DNA of 64,000 nt from Mobula hypostoma (lineage: Eukaryota): NCBI RefSeq assembly GCF_963921235.1, contig NC_086120.1, forward strand, positions 27,528,001 through 27,592,000, written 5' to 3'. Shown piece after piece: positions 38,553 through 52,049 of the stretch (the first letter of the stretch is position 1; every line of letters begins with the position of its first letter). Both the position numbers and the translations under genes were made by a program. Below the pieces are notes generated by a model that worked only from the letters and a program-made list of their open reading frames with translations, made no database searches and was not told the origin of the DNA.

Positions 38553-39624
38553 CTGTGGGGACAAAGAGAGAGCAAGGAGGCAGAGCATCAGTGAGCAAGG
38601 CCAGTCCTCACCTTCGCACTCCAACTAGGGCCTGGAATCTTCTTAAATCCACTGCACCTCACCCTGAGGTGATTCTAGGGGAAGTGAGGGGTAGGACTGA
38701 GAAATGGAGAAGTTAGGCATGAGGAAGAAGAGTGAAGAGGTAGAGATGGATGGATGAACAAAATAACATAAGAACTAGGAGTAGACCATTTCGCTTTTCA
38801 ACCAGAGCAAGGCTCCTCTTCTTCATCAACATCATTTTCCTGACCTACTCCTTTCATTTCCAGAAATCTGTCAATTCTCAGTTTTCAATCCAACCAATAA
38901 CCTGATACTGCAGGATAGAGAATTCCAAAGATTTAACACCATCTCAATAAAGAAACTTCTCTTAATTTCAATCCTGATTATTTGAGGCTGCGACTCGTGG
39001 TGCTATACTCCTTATGCAGAGGATAGCATCTCCCCATCTATCATGTTGAGTCTTTTGTATCTTCCAAATTCTAAAGAAAGGAGGCATAATTTGCACACTC
39101 ACTCCACACAAACAATTGATTTGCATCTTGGGAAACAGTGGGGTGAATCTTTCCAGCACATCCTTTCTCAAGAGTATGTCATTTTCCAGATAAGGTGGCC
39201 AAAAGACCTAATATTCCAGACGTGGTCTCACAGGGACCCTTTAAAATAAGACAATTTTCATACTTGCAATGAGACAAACATATACCATGTTTGCGTGTTA
39301 GCTTCAGTTATTTACGTGGGGCAGGGTGGGGAGCAAGGAGTTGCAGGCACGGGGTCAGAGATGCCCTTCGCGTTGGGTGAAGGGGAGGGAGAGCGCTAAT
39401 CTAGAGGCAGTCACAGACAAGAATGTGTCTTTAGAGGGGTGAGGGTGAGGGTGAGGGTGAGGGTGGGGGGGGGCATGCTTGAGGCAGGCAGGTGGTATGG
39501 GCTGACAGCAAGGTTGCAAGAGGTGGGGGGGGTTAGAATCAGATTAGCTGGATGACAGGAGAGCGAGTGAGGTGTGGGGAGGTGGAGTGGGGTGATGGGT
39601 AGTGGAACAAACTGACAGGAAGGT

Positions 39625-39720
39625 GCAACACACATCAAAGTTGCTGGTGAACGCAGCAGGCCAGGCAGCATCTATAGGAAGAGGCGCAGTCGACGTTTCA
39701 GGCCGAGACCCTTCGTCAGG
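39625..39720 (-). mobile_element. Short Penelope terminus beginning at the hammerhead core
   Basis: CCTGACGAAGGGTCTCGGCCTGAAACGTCGACTG on the minus strand; AGGTGCA on both sides. Confidence 0.8.
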
Positions 39721-39901
39721 TGCAGTGAGTTGACAGAAGAATGAAGTAGGATGATGGGGAGAGGAATGGTGAAGAATTGGGTGATACAGTGGTGGGGCCA
39801 TAGAATGACGAGTGGGGAAAAGAGGAGGGGTGGGGTGATGGGGAAGGGGGGGTGGGGTGATGGGGAGGGGAGGGGAGGGGTGGGGTGATGGGGTGAGGTG
39901 A

Positions 39902-40540
39902 NNNNNNNNNNNNNNNNNNNNNNNNNNNNNNNNNNNNNNNNNNNNNNNNNNNNNNNNNNNNNNNNNNNNNNNNNNNNNNNNNNNNNNNNNNNNNNNNNNN
40001 NNNNNNNNNNNNNNNNNNNNNNNNNNNNNNNNNNNNNNNNNNNNNNNNNNNNNNNNNNNNNNNNNNNNNNNNNNNNNNNNNNNNNNNNNNNNNNNNNNNN
40101 NNNNNNNNNNNNNNNNNNNNNNNNNNNNNNNNNNNNNNNNNNNNNNNNNNNNNNNNNNNNNNNNNNNNNNNNNNNNNNNNNNNNNNNNNNNNNNNNNNNN
40201 NNNNNNNNNNNNNNNNNNNNNNNNNNNNNNNNNNNNNNNNNNNNNNNNNNNNNNNNNNNNNNNNNNNNNNNNNNNNNNNNNNNNNNNNNNNNNNNNNNNN
40301 NNNNNNNNNNNNNNNNNNNNNNNNNNNNNNNNNNNNNNNNNNNNNNNNNNNNNNNNNNNNNNNNNNNNNNNNNNNNNNNNNNNNNNNNNNNNNNNNNNNN
40401 NNNNNNNNNNNNNNNNNNNNNNNNNNNNNNNNNNNNNNNNNNNNNNNNNNNNNNNNNNNNNNNNNNNNNNNNNNNNNNNNNNNNNNNNNNNNNNNNNNNN
40501 NNNNNNNNNNNNNNNNNNNNNNNNNNNNNNNNNNNNNNNN
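39902..40540. other. Assembly gap (639 N) flanked by G-rich low-complexity repeats
   Basis: Run of N; G/A-rich tracts at about 39820-39901 and 40541-40750. Confidence 0.99.
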
Positions 40541-40995
40541 GGGGCAGGAGGGGGGAGAGGGGAGGGGGAGGGGGAGAAGGGGGGAGGGGAGGGGAAGGGG
40601 GAGAAGGGGGGAGGGGAGGGGGAGAAGGGGGGAGGGGAGGGGGAGCAGGGGGGAGGGGAGGGGGCGGGGGAGAAGGGGGAGGGGAGGGGGAGAAGGGGGA
40701 GGGGAGGGGGAGGGGGAGAAGGGGGAGGGGAGGGGGAGAAGGGGGAGGGGTGGCGTGATGGGAAGAGGTGTAGGTTGGGATGGGGAGATGGGCTTGGGAT
40801 GGCCGGTTAGGTGAGGTGAACGGGCCACCGGCGCTGTTGTGTGAGGCGGCACAGGTGAGGAGGGAATCGGCACCGCTTCTCCCTTTGCTCGGGCCGCCGT
40901 CTAGATATCGGCCTCACGACGCTCCGCAATTTGTCCGCAAACCGCTGATTGCTCCTGGGGCCTGTGACGGGCTGAAGCCTCAGGCTCGCCTTTAC

Positions 40996-41042
40996 CTGTT
41001 TCGCCGCACGGCTGGGGACTCGCCGCTGCCGGACTCAGCCAT
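40996..41042 (-). CDS. KLHL26: KLHL26 exon 1
   Basis: ATG GCT GAG TCC GGC... = MAESGSGESPAVRRN(S), matching the MAESG start of KLHL26; GTAAAG donor, phase 2 fits exon 2; inside a CpG island. Confidence 0.88.
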
Positions 41043-41163
41043 GTTATCCGGCGGGGTAGGGGTAGGGGTAGGGGTAGGGGGAGGGGGAGAGGCGGTGGCG
41101 GCGGCGGCGGCGCAGGGCGTGGCCTCATTCAGGCCCTACTACGTAGGGCGTGGCCATATAGGG

Positions 41164-41296
41164 ATGGGGCAGGGCCGAGCGGGGAGAATGGGGCGGGGCC
41201 TAGCGGGGAGAATGGGGCGGGGCCGAGCGGAGAGAATGAGGCGGGGCCTAGCGGAGGGAATGGGGCGGGGCCGAGCGGGGAGAATGGGGGCGGGGC
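41164..41296. repeat. 24-bp minisatellite (about 5.5 copies), most units carrying a GC box
   Basis: Unit ATGGGGCGGGGCC(G/T)AGCGGGGAGA repeated in tandem. Confidence 0.9.
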
Positions 41297-42405
41297 TATG
41301 TCCAGGCGGAGTAGCATTGTGGATCAGTGGGTCACTGCAGGGCTGAGGAGTAGACTGGGGCAAATGGTGTGGCATTACCCTAAATATTATTTCTCACAGC
41401 TAAAGTTAGAGAGGAATACTTATGCAGTTCCTCGGGATCAAGGGTGATTTTTTTCTTAGTCCTGATTATGGGTTTTCGTCCTGAGGGATTAACTCTCCCC
41501 ATTCCTTGGACGCTGACTGACCAACTGAGTGTTTCCAACACAATGCTTTTACTTCAATATCCAGCTGTGCACTTTTGATTTTGGTTATTTGGTTATACCC
41601 TGATTTTGAGGGAGTTGTGGTAACTGATGAAAACCAATGTGGGAACTTCAGGCATTTCCTCAAACAGGTCTATAGGGTAGGTGGTTTTGAGGTGGTGTGC
41701 TCGATTCCCTGTTTTATAGAAGGCCTTCTTTGCCTGCTTTTGGATGCGTGGTCTTGCAGTTGCCATGCTGAATGCTTCTCCTCCACTTTAAGTAGTTTAA
41801 TGGCCAAAGGTTCCTAGGAGCCAGTAGGGACATTGGATTTCTTCAAGAAAACCTTGAACATGTTGAATCTCTAATGCACATGTTAATGAATTAAACTACA
41901 AACAGGTTATTGAACCCATTGGCTCTGTGCAGGTGTTTGTGCCTCCCTCCCATTCTTCTCCATTTCATCTCAACACCAAACCATCTAAGGTCCTCCCTCT
42001 CTCTCTCTACACACAACTTCCTCTTCGAGGCATTTCTGTTATTTGTCCCCACCACTGTAGTTTGTCTTGTAAGATCTACAGCCTTTCTCCTTTATTGAGA
42101 GTGTGGCATTTTTGTCCCTGTAAGCAGTGTCCCCTATTAGTGATGGCTAGTTAGAAACATTTAAAATGATAAAAATAGAACAGAGAGTTCCGGAAGTGCA
42201 GAGCAGGCTGAGCAAGAATCGTAGGGGAAAAGGGCCTAATGTTTCAGATAAATATTCTTTCATCAGAGTTTGTACTGAAACTTATAAATGTTTCATTGTG
42301 TTTTTATTCAAGGAGAACCTCTCAGTTTCAGATGAAAAATCATCTATTAAAATATTAATTCTATTTCTCTCTCTACAGATGATACCTGACTGAGTATGTC
42401 CATCA

Positions 42406-42514
42406 ATATTTTGTTTTAATTATCAAATAAGACTTTGTTATACAGTGGGAATCCACTCTTTTTCAGGCACGCAGTCTGTACTTTACCATTAAAGTCAATC
42501 CCTCATAGTTGGAT
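42406..42514 (+). repeat. 109-bp direct repeat, copy 1 (copy 2 at 62556-62664)
   Basis: Ungapped match with about 6 mismatches. Confidence 0.9.
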
Positions 42515-42859
42515 CAATGGTCCATGATCGGCCTTTATCCTCCGCTGGCGTTTCACTGTGCTTCATTTTTGGAACTATATGAGCTTTCTTAGTGTCTTGG
42601 GTTATTTGTCAATCAGAATCGTTGCTCCCAGTGGGACTAATACCAGAGAGTGAGGTAGCAGATTGGGATTGGGTGGTAAGATATACACTCCAAAAGAAAA
42701 AGGTGCTTTGGATGTTAGAAATCTGAATCAAAAAATTGGAAATGATTGCATATTTTCCCCATTGAGCCAATTTTTGGTCCAGTTTACCTCCTTTCTATAG
42801 ATCCTTAGGGCTTTGACTTGGATTGGACCGCCGTGGGAGCTTTTGCCAAATGTATTAGT

Positions 42860-43115
42860 TTATTTATTGAGATACAACATGGAATAGCCCCTTCTGGCAC
42901 TTCGAGCCGCATTTAATCCTAGCTTAATCACGGGACAATTTATAATGACCAATTAACCTACTAACCGGTACGTCTTTGGACTGTGGGAGGAAACCGGAGC
43001 ACCCGGAGGAAACCCATGTGGTCATGGGGAGAATGTAAAAATTTCTTACAGGCAGCAGCGGGAATTGAACCCTAGTCACCTGTACTACTGTAGAATATTG
43101 CGTGAACCACCATGC
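42860..43115 (-). mobile_element. V-SINE-like element; older copy at about 11620-11910
   Basis: Core GTCTTTGGACTGTGGGAGGAAACCGGAGCACCCGGAGGAAACCC. Confidence 0.8.
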
Positions 43116-43679
43116 CTAAATAGTACATGAGATGCACCCTTGTCATTAATCTACCTTGTTACCTCCTCAAAGAATGTTATGATATATCTTAGCTATACCT
43201 CTCTTTAACCAGCGTGGATTTCACACCATACTAGGATAACAGTTCCTTAATTACTCATTCATTCACAGTCACACGCTCACTTTTATTACTCTCTCTCTCT
43301 CACACACACACACCATTCTCTCCCTTTCCCCATCCCCTCCCTCTCCCTACCCTTCTCCCTCTCCTTGTCCCCCTCATTTTCCCTCCCCTTCTCCTCCTCT
43401 GCCTCTCTTTCTTTCTCATAAACCTCTGCCTGTAGCGTCAGACCCAGTTCAATCTTCTATAGTTCAAGACCAAATACACCTGCCATGAACAGTTGGGTCA
43501 TCTTATCCTAATTGAAACCCTGTTTTTCTGGGTTATCTTTTCAGTACTATGCTAAATCTAATTCAATTACGATCACCACTGCCAAAATACTTCTCCACGG
43601 ATATATTCTCTCCCTGTCACTTTGTAAAGCTGAGGAATAGTGAGTCCACTGGTGGTCATCTTCTAAAATTCCATAGATC

Positions 43680-44210
43680 CTGAAAAGGATTTCACAGATT
43701 GGAAGGCAGCAAATGTAGCCCCTCTGCTTAAGAAAACTGGAAGGCATAAAACTGGAAATTACAGATTAGTTAGACTGATTTCAGTAGTAAATGCTGCAAT
43801 CTATCACTGTACTAGGAAGGTGGTTACAGGACATTTAGAAAATAATTATGGGATTGGATGGACACAACATAAATTAATGAAAGGGAATTACTTTTGACAA
43901 ATCCATTAAAGTATTTTTTGAGGCCGTAACAAGTAAAGGTGGTGGCTGTGCTGCATATGGAGTTTCAGAAGGCCTTCAATAAAATCTTACACAAAAGGCT
44001 ATTAAATGGGCACGAGATTCAGCTGGAAAACTTGAGCAACGCACATAGGTTGCTGGGGGAGCTCAGCAAGTCAGGCAGCATCTATGGAGGGGGATAAATA
44101 GTCGATGTTTCAGGCCAAGACCCTTCATCAGGACTGGATTAGGGGTAATTTACTGGTATGGATTGAGATTGGTTAATGGGAATAAATGGATTATTTTCGC
44201 ATTAGGAACG
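43680..44210 (+). mobile_element. Old CR1 RT fragment
   Basis: DWKAANVAP..KK, GNYRLVRL and FQKAF remnants. Confidence 0.65.
44036..44137 (-). mobile_element. Short Penelope terminus with hammerhead-like core inserted in a CR1 remnant
   Basis: CAGTCCTGATGAAGGGTCTTGGCCTGAAACATCGACT on the minus strand. Confidence 0.75.
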
Positions 44211-46714
44211 AGACATCTGGAGAGCACGCAATAGTGTCACAGCTGATCTAGTTTCCTGCCTTCAAAGTTCAAAGTAATTCATTACCAAGGCAGGTATCTG
44301 CCACCTTGAGATTTATTTTCTTGCAGGCATTCACAGTAGACCAAAGAAAATACTATAGAATCAGTGAAAAGCTACACATAAACAAATACCGGCTGAAAGA
44401 AATGAATGAACAAAAGAAAACTGTGCCAGTAAAGTAAATAAATAACTAAATAGATAGATAAATAAACAAATACAACAAACAAACACTGAGAACATGTTAG
44501 AGTCCTTGGAAGTGGGTCTATATGTTGCCTCTCTCTACTGCCTGCTGATGGTGTTTAGGGCAGTAGTGAATCTCCTTCATCTCTGGTGGTGTTCAGGGCT
44601 TCCTTCATCGTGTCATGCAGCTTCTGGGTGGAGACTCAGAAATAGAATGATTCCTCATTGCCGTGGCCAGTCAGGGTAGTTAGCCCCGAGCTGAGCCCCA
44701 AAACCTGGAGGACCGGTGGACCAGTCTTAGTCTGACTTCTACCCTTTGACCTATTTGGCATGGGTGACCCTGGCGAAAGCCAAAGCATAAAGCCCTGACT
44801 CCAGTCAGCATAGCCCTCCGGGTCACTGAGGCACGCAAGCCTCCAAAGCCTACAGCATGGGTGAGATCCTCTTGTCGGTCCACAGGTTGTTTCCCCCACT
44901 TTCTATAAGCTTCTCTGTTCTTGGGCATTGCTTTTTCCACACCAGACCTTCACCCCATACCCTCTGATCCCATTAAAATTTAAATGCTTGTCGCTCTCGA
45001 ATTTGAACATAGTCACTAACGTTACCTCCATTGCTGTCTCGGGTGGAGAACTTAAAAGATTGATTATCCTCTGAGAGAATTTCCTCCTCATTTCTATCTT
45101 AAAAGAGTGACATTTAATAGGGAAATTATGCCTCGCAGTTCTGGATTGCTGGAGAATTTACTGGCAGTATTCACCAATCAATCCGTCGCAAAATTTATGC
45201 GGTCCAAAGGTCCTTCAGTGATGTTAACTATTTGGGTTAAATGGCTGGAGTCACTTAGCACTTTAGTGCACGGTGCTTATCTCTCGAAAACAAACTTACA
45301 AAAAATAGCAAAAATCGTAAAAATTGCCAATATTTACAACAAGATATCTACAAAAAAAACACAATAATAGCAACATACTTTGTCCAGTGTGAACTGGTGG
45401 CAGCCCTGATCTCTCTCTCCCACTGAGAGCAATGATTGCCCCTTGTTAGGCACCAGGACATACCACCTTTAATTACCCACAAGGTTAACTTAAGACTGCA
45501 CATGAAATAGAATATGATACACCCCACAATGTAGGTACAATCATATCACAAAATAAACAGGAGTGTCTACCTTAACTAGAGGTAATCAATATATACTATT
45601 TACACATTTGCATTACCATAGAAATAGAATTTTCTACTGTGCATGGTGGGAAAGTCGCCATAAGGTCCAAACTGTGAGCATCAGCTCTGTTTAGGATAGG
45701 AATATACCGGTGAATATACCATGCACTCAGTGCATCGACAGCAGAATGACAAGCCAGTGTCTGTTTGTGTGTAAATGCACATATATAAGGAGTGTGTTTA
45801 CCCAATGCTCTTTGTCACAAACGAGTACGTGCCCAACCAGCCAAACCTTTCTTCTTACATCAAACCCCTCATCACAGGAATCCCTGAAACTAACCTTCAT
45901 TGTAGAGCCGGTAGGCATGCCCTTCCTTAATATTTTATAATTCTCAATAAAAAACAATCGCAAGAATAAACAATGCATGCCTTTCTGTTCTTACATCCAT
46001 AGTCAAGGCTTTTAGTTCTGTTCTATAACATCCGTATACACAAATATCACTGTTGCCACTCTCGTCTCAAAGGTTTCAAGGTACGTTTAACGTCAGAGAA
46101 ATGTATACAACATACGTCCTGAAATTCTTTTTCTTCGCAAACGTCCACGAAAACAGAGGAGTACCCCAAAGAATGAAAGACAGTTAAATGTTAGAACCCC
46201 AAGGCCCCCCCCAGCTTCCCCCTCCCATGCACAAGCAGCAGCAAAGCAATGACCCTCCCTCCCCCACCAGTAAAAGAAGCATCAGCACCCCCCAACGAGC
46301 ACTCAAGAGCGCAGCAAAGCATCAACAAAGACACAGACTTGCAATACCCCAAAGACTACTCGTTCACCCGGTACTTCAGCATACCACAGGCTCTCTCTCT
46401 CCCTAATAATAACGTGACACCTGGGGTGGTACATCCTTTCTTAATTATGCAGACCAAAACTGCTTGCAGTACTCCAGTAAGCAAAGGAATCTCCTTGCCA
46501 GGGCTTTAATATGGTGACCAGAAATGGGTGCAATTGCTTCAGGTATTGCCTAACTCATGTTTTATGAGGTTGTACCAAGAAATATCTACACCACCCCCCA
46601 CACCCCACACCAAACACCGCTACTTCATTATTTCCTGTCAGGTGTCAGTTATATTAGGTACACAGACACTCCTGTGCCTAACATTTCTTTATGGACCATC
46701 AATCAATCTATGTC

Positions 46715-49505
46715 ATAGAGTCATGAAAAAGTACAGTACAATCACTGGCCCTTCAGCCTATCTAGTCCATGCCAACCCATTTATGCTGCCTTCTCCATCG
46801 ACCTGCGGCGGGACCATAGCCTTTCATTCCCCTACCATCCATGTACCCATCTAAACTTCTCTTAAACTTTGAAAGCAAGCTTGCATGCACCACCTGCGCT
46901 GGCAGCTTGTTCCACACTTTCATGGCCCTCTGAGTGAAGACGTTTCACCTCATGTTCCCTTAAACATTTCGCCTTTCACTCTTAACCCATGACCTCTGGT
47001 TGTCGTCCCACTCAACCTCAGTGGAAAAAACCTCCTTGCATTTACTCTATCTATACCACTCATAATTTTGTATACCTCTATCAAATTTCATCTCAATCTT
47101 CTACATTTCAAGGAATAAAGTCCTAACCTATTCAATCTTTCCTTGTAACTCAGGTCCTCCAGACCCGGCAACACCCTCATCAATTTTCTCTGTGCTCTTT
47201 CAAACTTATTTACATCTTTCCTGTAGGCTGGTGACCAAAATTGCACCCAGTACTTCAAATGAAGCTACACCAATGTCTTACACAACTTCAACATAACGTT
47301 CCATCTCCTGTATTCAATACATTGATTTATGAAGGCCAATGTGCCAAAAGCTTTCTTTACGATCCGTATCTACCTGTGATGCCACTTTCAATGAATCATG
47401 GACCTGTATTCCCAGATCCCTTTGTTCTACCACACTCCTCAGTTCACTGTATCAGACCTGCCACAGTTACTCCTGCTGAAGTGACTTGTCTGCATTAAAT
47501 TCCATCTACCATTCTTCAGCCTATTTTTCCAGCTGGTGCAGATCCCTCTGCAAGCCATGATAGCCTTCCTCACTGTCCACTACACCCCCAGTCTTGGTAT
47601 CACCCACAAATTTCCTGATTCTGTTAGCCACATTATCACCCAGATCGTTGATATAGATGACAAACAACAATGGACCCAGCACTGATCCCTGTGGCACTCC
47701 TCTAGTAACAGGCCTCCAGTTAAAGAGGCAGACATCTATTACCAGTCTCTGGCTTCTCCCACAAAGCCAATATCTAATCTAATTTACTACCTCATCTCGA
47801 ATGCCAAGTTACTGAGCATTCTTGTCCAAGCTACCGTGCAGGACCTTGTCAAAGGCCTTGCCAAAGTCCATGTAGACAATATCCACTGCCTTGCCTTCAT
47901 CAATATTCCTGGTAACTTCCTTGAAAAGCTCTCTAAGATTGGTTAGACATGCTACCACAAACAAATCCATGCTGATCAATGCTAATCAGTCCATGTTTAT
48001 CCAAATACTTAGATATCCGGTCCCTCAGAATACCTTGCAATAACTTTCCCATTAATAATGTCAGGCTCACTGGCCTATAATTTCCTGGTTTATTTTTAGA
48101 CCCTCTCTTGAACAGTAGAATAACATTGGCTAAACTCCAAAACTCTGGAACCTCACCTGTCACCTAAGGATGATTTAGATATCTCTGCTAGGGCCCTGGA
48201 AATTCCTGCACTTGTCTCCCACAGGGTCCGAGGGAATACCTTGTCAGGGCCTGGGGATTTACCTCAGGGTAGCAAACACCTCCTCCTCTGTAATCTGTAT
48301 AGAGTCCATGAAGTTGATACTGCTTTGCCTCACTTCTATGGATTCTCTGTGTGTCTCCTAAGTAAATACAGAAGCAAAAAAATATTTAAGTCTCCCCCAT
48401 CTCTTCTGGCTTCACAAATGGATTACCGTTCTGACCTTCCAGAGGACCAATTTTGGCTCTTGCAATCCTTTTGCTCTGAACATATCTGCAGAATCCCTTG
48501 GGAGTCTCCTTCACCTTGTCTGCTAGGGCAACCTCATGCCTTCTTTTAGTCCTCCTGATTTCTTTACGTGTTCCCTTGCATTTCTTATACTCCACAAGCA
48601 CCTCATTTGTTCCTACCTACCTATACTTGCTTTGCACCTTCTTTTTTTCTTAACCAGGGCCTCAATATCACTTTATACCTAAGGTTCCCCACACCTGTTG
48701 TCTTTACCTTTTATTCTGACAGGCACATACAAGCTTTGTACTCCCAAAATTTCACTTTTGAAGGCTTCCCACTTACCAAGTACCCCTTTGCCAGAAAACA
48801 GCCTGTCCCCATCCACACTTGCCAGATCATTTCTGATGCCATCAAAATTGGCCTTTCTCCAATTTACAATCTCAAGCTGTGAAATAAATCTATCTTTTTG
48901 CATATTTACTCTAAAACTAATTGCACAGTGATCACTGGACGCAAAGTGTTCACCTACACAAACTTCTGTCACCTGCCCTGTCTCATTCTCTAATAGCAGA
49001 TCAGGTATCGCACACTCTGTCATTGGGACTTCTACATACTGATTAAGGAAACTTCCTGAACATATCAGACTAACTCTATCCCATTTTGTGTGTGTTGCTC
49101 GGATTTCCAGCATCTGCAGACTTTCTCTTGTTTCTATTCCATCTAATCTTTTTACAATCAACATGTGGAAAGTTAAAATCACCTCCTATAATGACCTTAT
49201 GTCTCTTACAACAGTTTGCAATCTGTCTGCAAATTTGTTCCTCTAAATCTGTTGGAAAGTTATGTGGTCCGTAATACAGCCCCATTAATCTGGTCATAAC
49301 TTTCTTATTTCTCAGTTCCACCCATAACGCCTCACTAGTCGAGTTCTCCAGTCTGCCCTGACGGAGCACTGCCGTGACTTTTTCCCTGAATAGTAACACC
49401 ATCCCTCCTCTTTTTAATCCCTCCTGCTCTGTCACATCTAAAACAACTGAACCCCAGAATACTGAGCTGCCAGTCTTGCCCCTCCTGCAACCAAGTCTCA
49501 CTAAG
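46715..49505 (-). mobile_element. CR1 LINE ORF2, decayed
   Basis: IIGGDFNFP endonuclease; NYRPVSLT and QHGF RT motifs; GSVLGP; 3' UTR near 46720. Confidence 0.88.
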
Positions 49506-49989
49506 CTATCTTATGTATCTATATTTAGTGGCTTTTCATTTACATTTGTTGTATTTTTTTCCTTGATGCTGTCAGAGGATGATACTGAAATTCTGGTTCT
49601 GTGGTTTGTGGTTTCGACTGTAGTTCCTGGTCGCTCCTTTTCCTGTTGATATTCCGGGTGACTTTGGATCGGGGCGGCCCACAGATAATAAACTAAATAT
49701 GGACCCTTTCGATTTTGCATTTTAATTTCTGTGTTTTCACTCATTGCTTCTTGTTGCCATTTGCGCAATTTGGTTTTTTTTTGCACGTGGGGTGTGGGCC
49801 AGATTGGCTGATTTTTTTTTCTTTGAACATTTTCCATGGTTTTCTTTGTTTTGTGGCTGTCTTTGGGAAGACGAATCTCAGGGTTGTATACTGCAAACAT
49901 ACTTTCCTAATAATCGTACTTTGAATCCTTTGATCATTACCTGTATTATGTAGAATACGAATAGATACAGTGATCGATTAGGAAAGTAT

Positions 49990-50727
49990 GCTGGATTGCT
50001 GAGTTCAAGAGCCGTGAGGTAACATTACAGCTATGTAAGACCTCAGTTAGACCTCACTTGGAGTACTGTGTTCAGTTCTGGTCGCCTCACCACAGGAAGG
50101 ATGTTAATATTATTGAGAGAGTGCAGAGGAGATTCACAAGGATGTTGCCTGGACTGGAGAGCATGCCTTATGAGAATAGGTTGAGTGAACTTGGCCTTTT
50201 CTCCTTGGAGCGACGGAGGATGAGAGGTGACCTGGAAGAGGTGTATAAGATGATGAGAGGCATTGATCATGTGGATAGCCAGAGGCCTTTTCCCAGGGCT
50301 AAAATGGCTAATACGAGGGGGCACAGTTTTAAGGTGCTTGGAAGTAGGGTCGGGGGGATGTCGGGGTAAGTTTTTCACACAGAGAGGTGGGTGTGAGGAA
50401 TGCACTGCTGGCGGCAGTGGTAGAGGCAGATACAACAGGGTCTTTTTAAGAGACTCTTAGATAGGTACATGGAGCTTAGAAAGATAGAGGGCTATGCGGT
50501 AGGGAAATTCTAGGCAGCTTCTAGAGTAGGTTACAAGATCGGCACAACATTGTGGGCCGAAGGGCCTGTAATGTGCTGCAGGTTTCTATGTTTCTATTAA
50601 GTTTTAGATAGGTACATGGAGCTTATTATGGTAGGGAAATTCTAGGCAGCTTCTAGAGTAGGTCACATGGTCAGCACAACATTGTGGGCCGAGGGGTCTG
50701 TAATGTGCTGTAGATTTCTATGTCTCT
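49990..50727 (+). mobile_element. CR1 LINE 3' end with duplicated 3' UTR
   Basis: EYCVQFWSPHHRKD...ERVQRRFTRMLPGL; 3' UTR repeated at about 50457-50595 and 50604-50725. Confidence 0.9.
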
Positions 50728-50856
50728 AAGCTTCAAAAGGCTGATTGGGGAAAGTTTAAAGAAATAAGTAATCAAGTATTTTGCAATTCTGTAATCAGAA
50801 TTGCAGAGTATTGAAATCAGGATATGATCTTTAATGTGAGAAGATTGTAAGAGGGA

Positions 50857-52000
50857 TAATGAGCTGCCTTAACGACTACCATCCAGTAGCACTCACACCT
50901 ATGCTGATGAGGTGCTTTGAGAGGTTGGTTATGGCTAGAATTAACTCCTGTCTCAGCAAGGATCTGGATCACCACCATAGGTCTATGGTGGAGGCGATCT
51001 CACTGGCTCTTCGAGCAGTCTCGGACACCTGGATGATACAAATAGTTATGTCAGGATACAGTTTATTGACCACAGCTCAGCATTTAGCACAATCTGTCCT
51101 ACAGTTCTGATCAAAAAGTTCCAGACCCTGGGCCTCCGTAGCTCTCTCTACAACTGGATCTTTGATTTCGTAACAACAATGTGTTTGGATCAGAAATAAT
51201 GTCTCCACCACGATGACAATCAACACCGGCGCACCCCAGGGAAGTGTAGTCAGCTCACTGCTCTATTTTCTCTACCCCCCATGACCACGTGGCTAAGCAG
51301 ACCTCAAATGCTATCTGTAAATTTTCTGATGATACAACCATTGTTGGCAGAATTTCAGATGGTGACGAGAACAAGATATATCAGCTAGCTGAGAGGTGCT
51401 GAGACAACAACCTTGTATTCAACGTCTGTAAGACCCAAGAACTGATTGTGGAAAGAGCAAGATGAGAGAACGCACACCAGAACTCAGAGGGATCAGAAGT
51501 GGAGAGAGTGAGTAAATTTCAAATTTCTGGGTGTCAATATCTCTGAGGATCTGACCTGGACCCAACATTGAGATGCAGCAACAAATAAGGCACGATAGCA
51601 GCTATATTTCATTAGGAGTTTGAGGTGATTTTGTATGTCCTCAAAGTATGTAAAGATACTCACAAATTTCTACAGATGTTCCACAGAGAGCATTCCAATT
51701 GATTACATTATCGTCTGGTTTGGGAGGGATGTATTATTGCACAGGATTGAAATAATCTGCAGTGATTTGTAAACTTAGTCTGTTCCATCATGGGCTCTTA
51801 TCTCCGTACTACCTAGCGTCCATCATTAAGGACCCCCATCACTCAGGTCATGCCTTGTTCTCATTGCTACCATCAGGAAGGAGGTACAGAAGCCTGAAGG
51901 CACACATGCAGTGATTTGGGAACAGCTTATTCCACTCTGCCTCTGATTTCTGAATGGATATCAAACTCATGAACACTATCTCACTACTTTTTTTATTATA
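50857..52000 (+). mobile_element. Rex1/L2-type LINE RT and 3' end; UTR resumes at about 52990-53088
   Basis: CLNDYHPVALTPMLMRCFERLV; TGAPQG; KFSDDTT; KFLGVNISEDLTW. Confidence 0.85.
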
Positions 52001-52049
52001 TATTAGGTAATTAAATAAGTAGTGCAAAAATAGGCAGGGGATATGGAAA

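Larger units (their letters stand above)
40790..41310 (-). promoter_or_regulatory. CpG island / promoter of KLHL26
   Basis: High CpG and GC density around exon 1; multiple GGGGCGGGGC boxes. Confidence 0.8.

Noticed and set aside
39716-40873. Long Pro-rich and Gly-rich ORFs (385 and 286 aa)
   Set aside because: Artefacts of reading through the N gap and low-complexity G tracts
42467-42654. Plus-strand exon-like segment (TTTCAG...GAG/GTAGCA)
   Set aside because: Stops in all three frames; a non-coding exon cannot be supported from sequence alone
45280-46030. U-rich minus-strand stretch resembling a 3' UTR of an upstream gene
   Set aside because: No associated coding exon or clear poly(A) signal in the window; composition alone is insufficient
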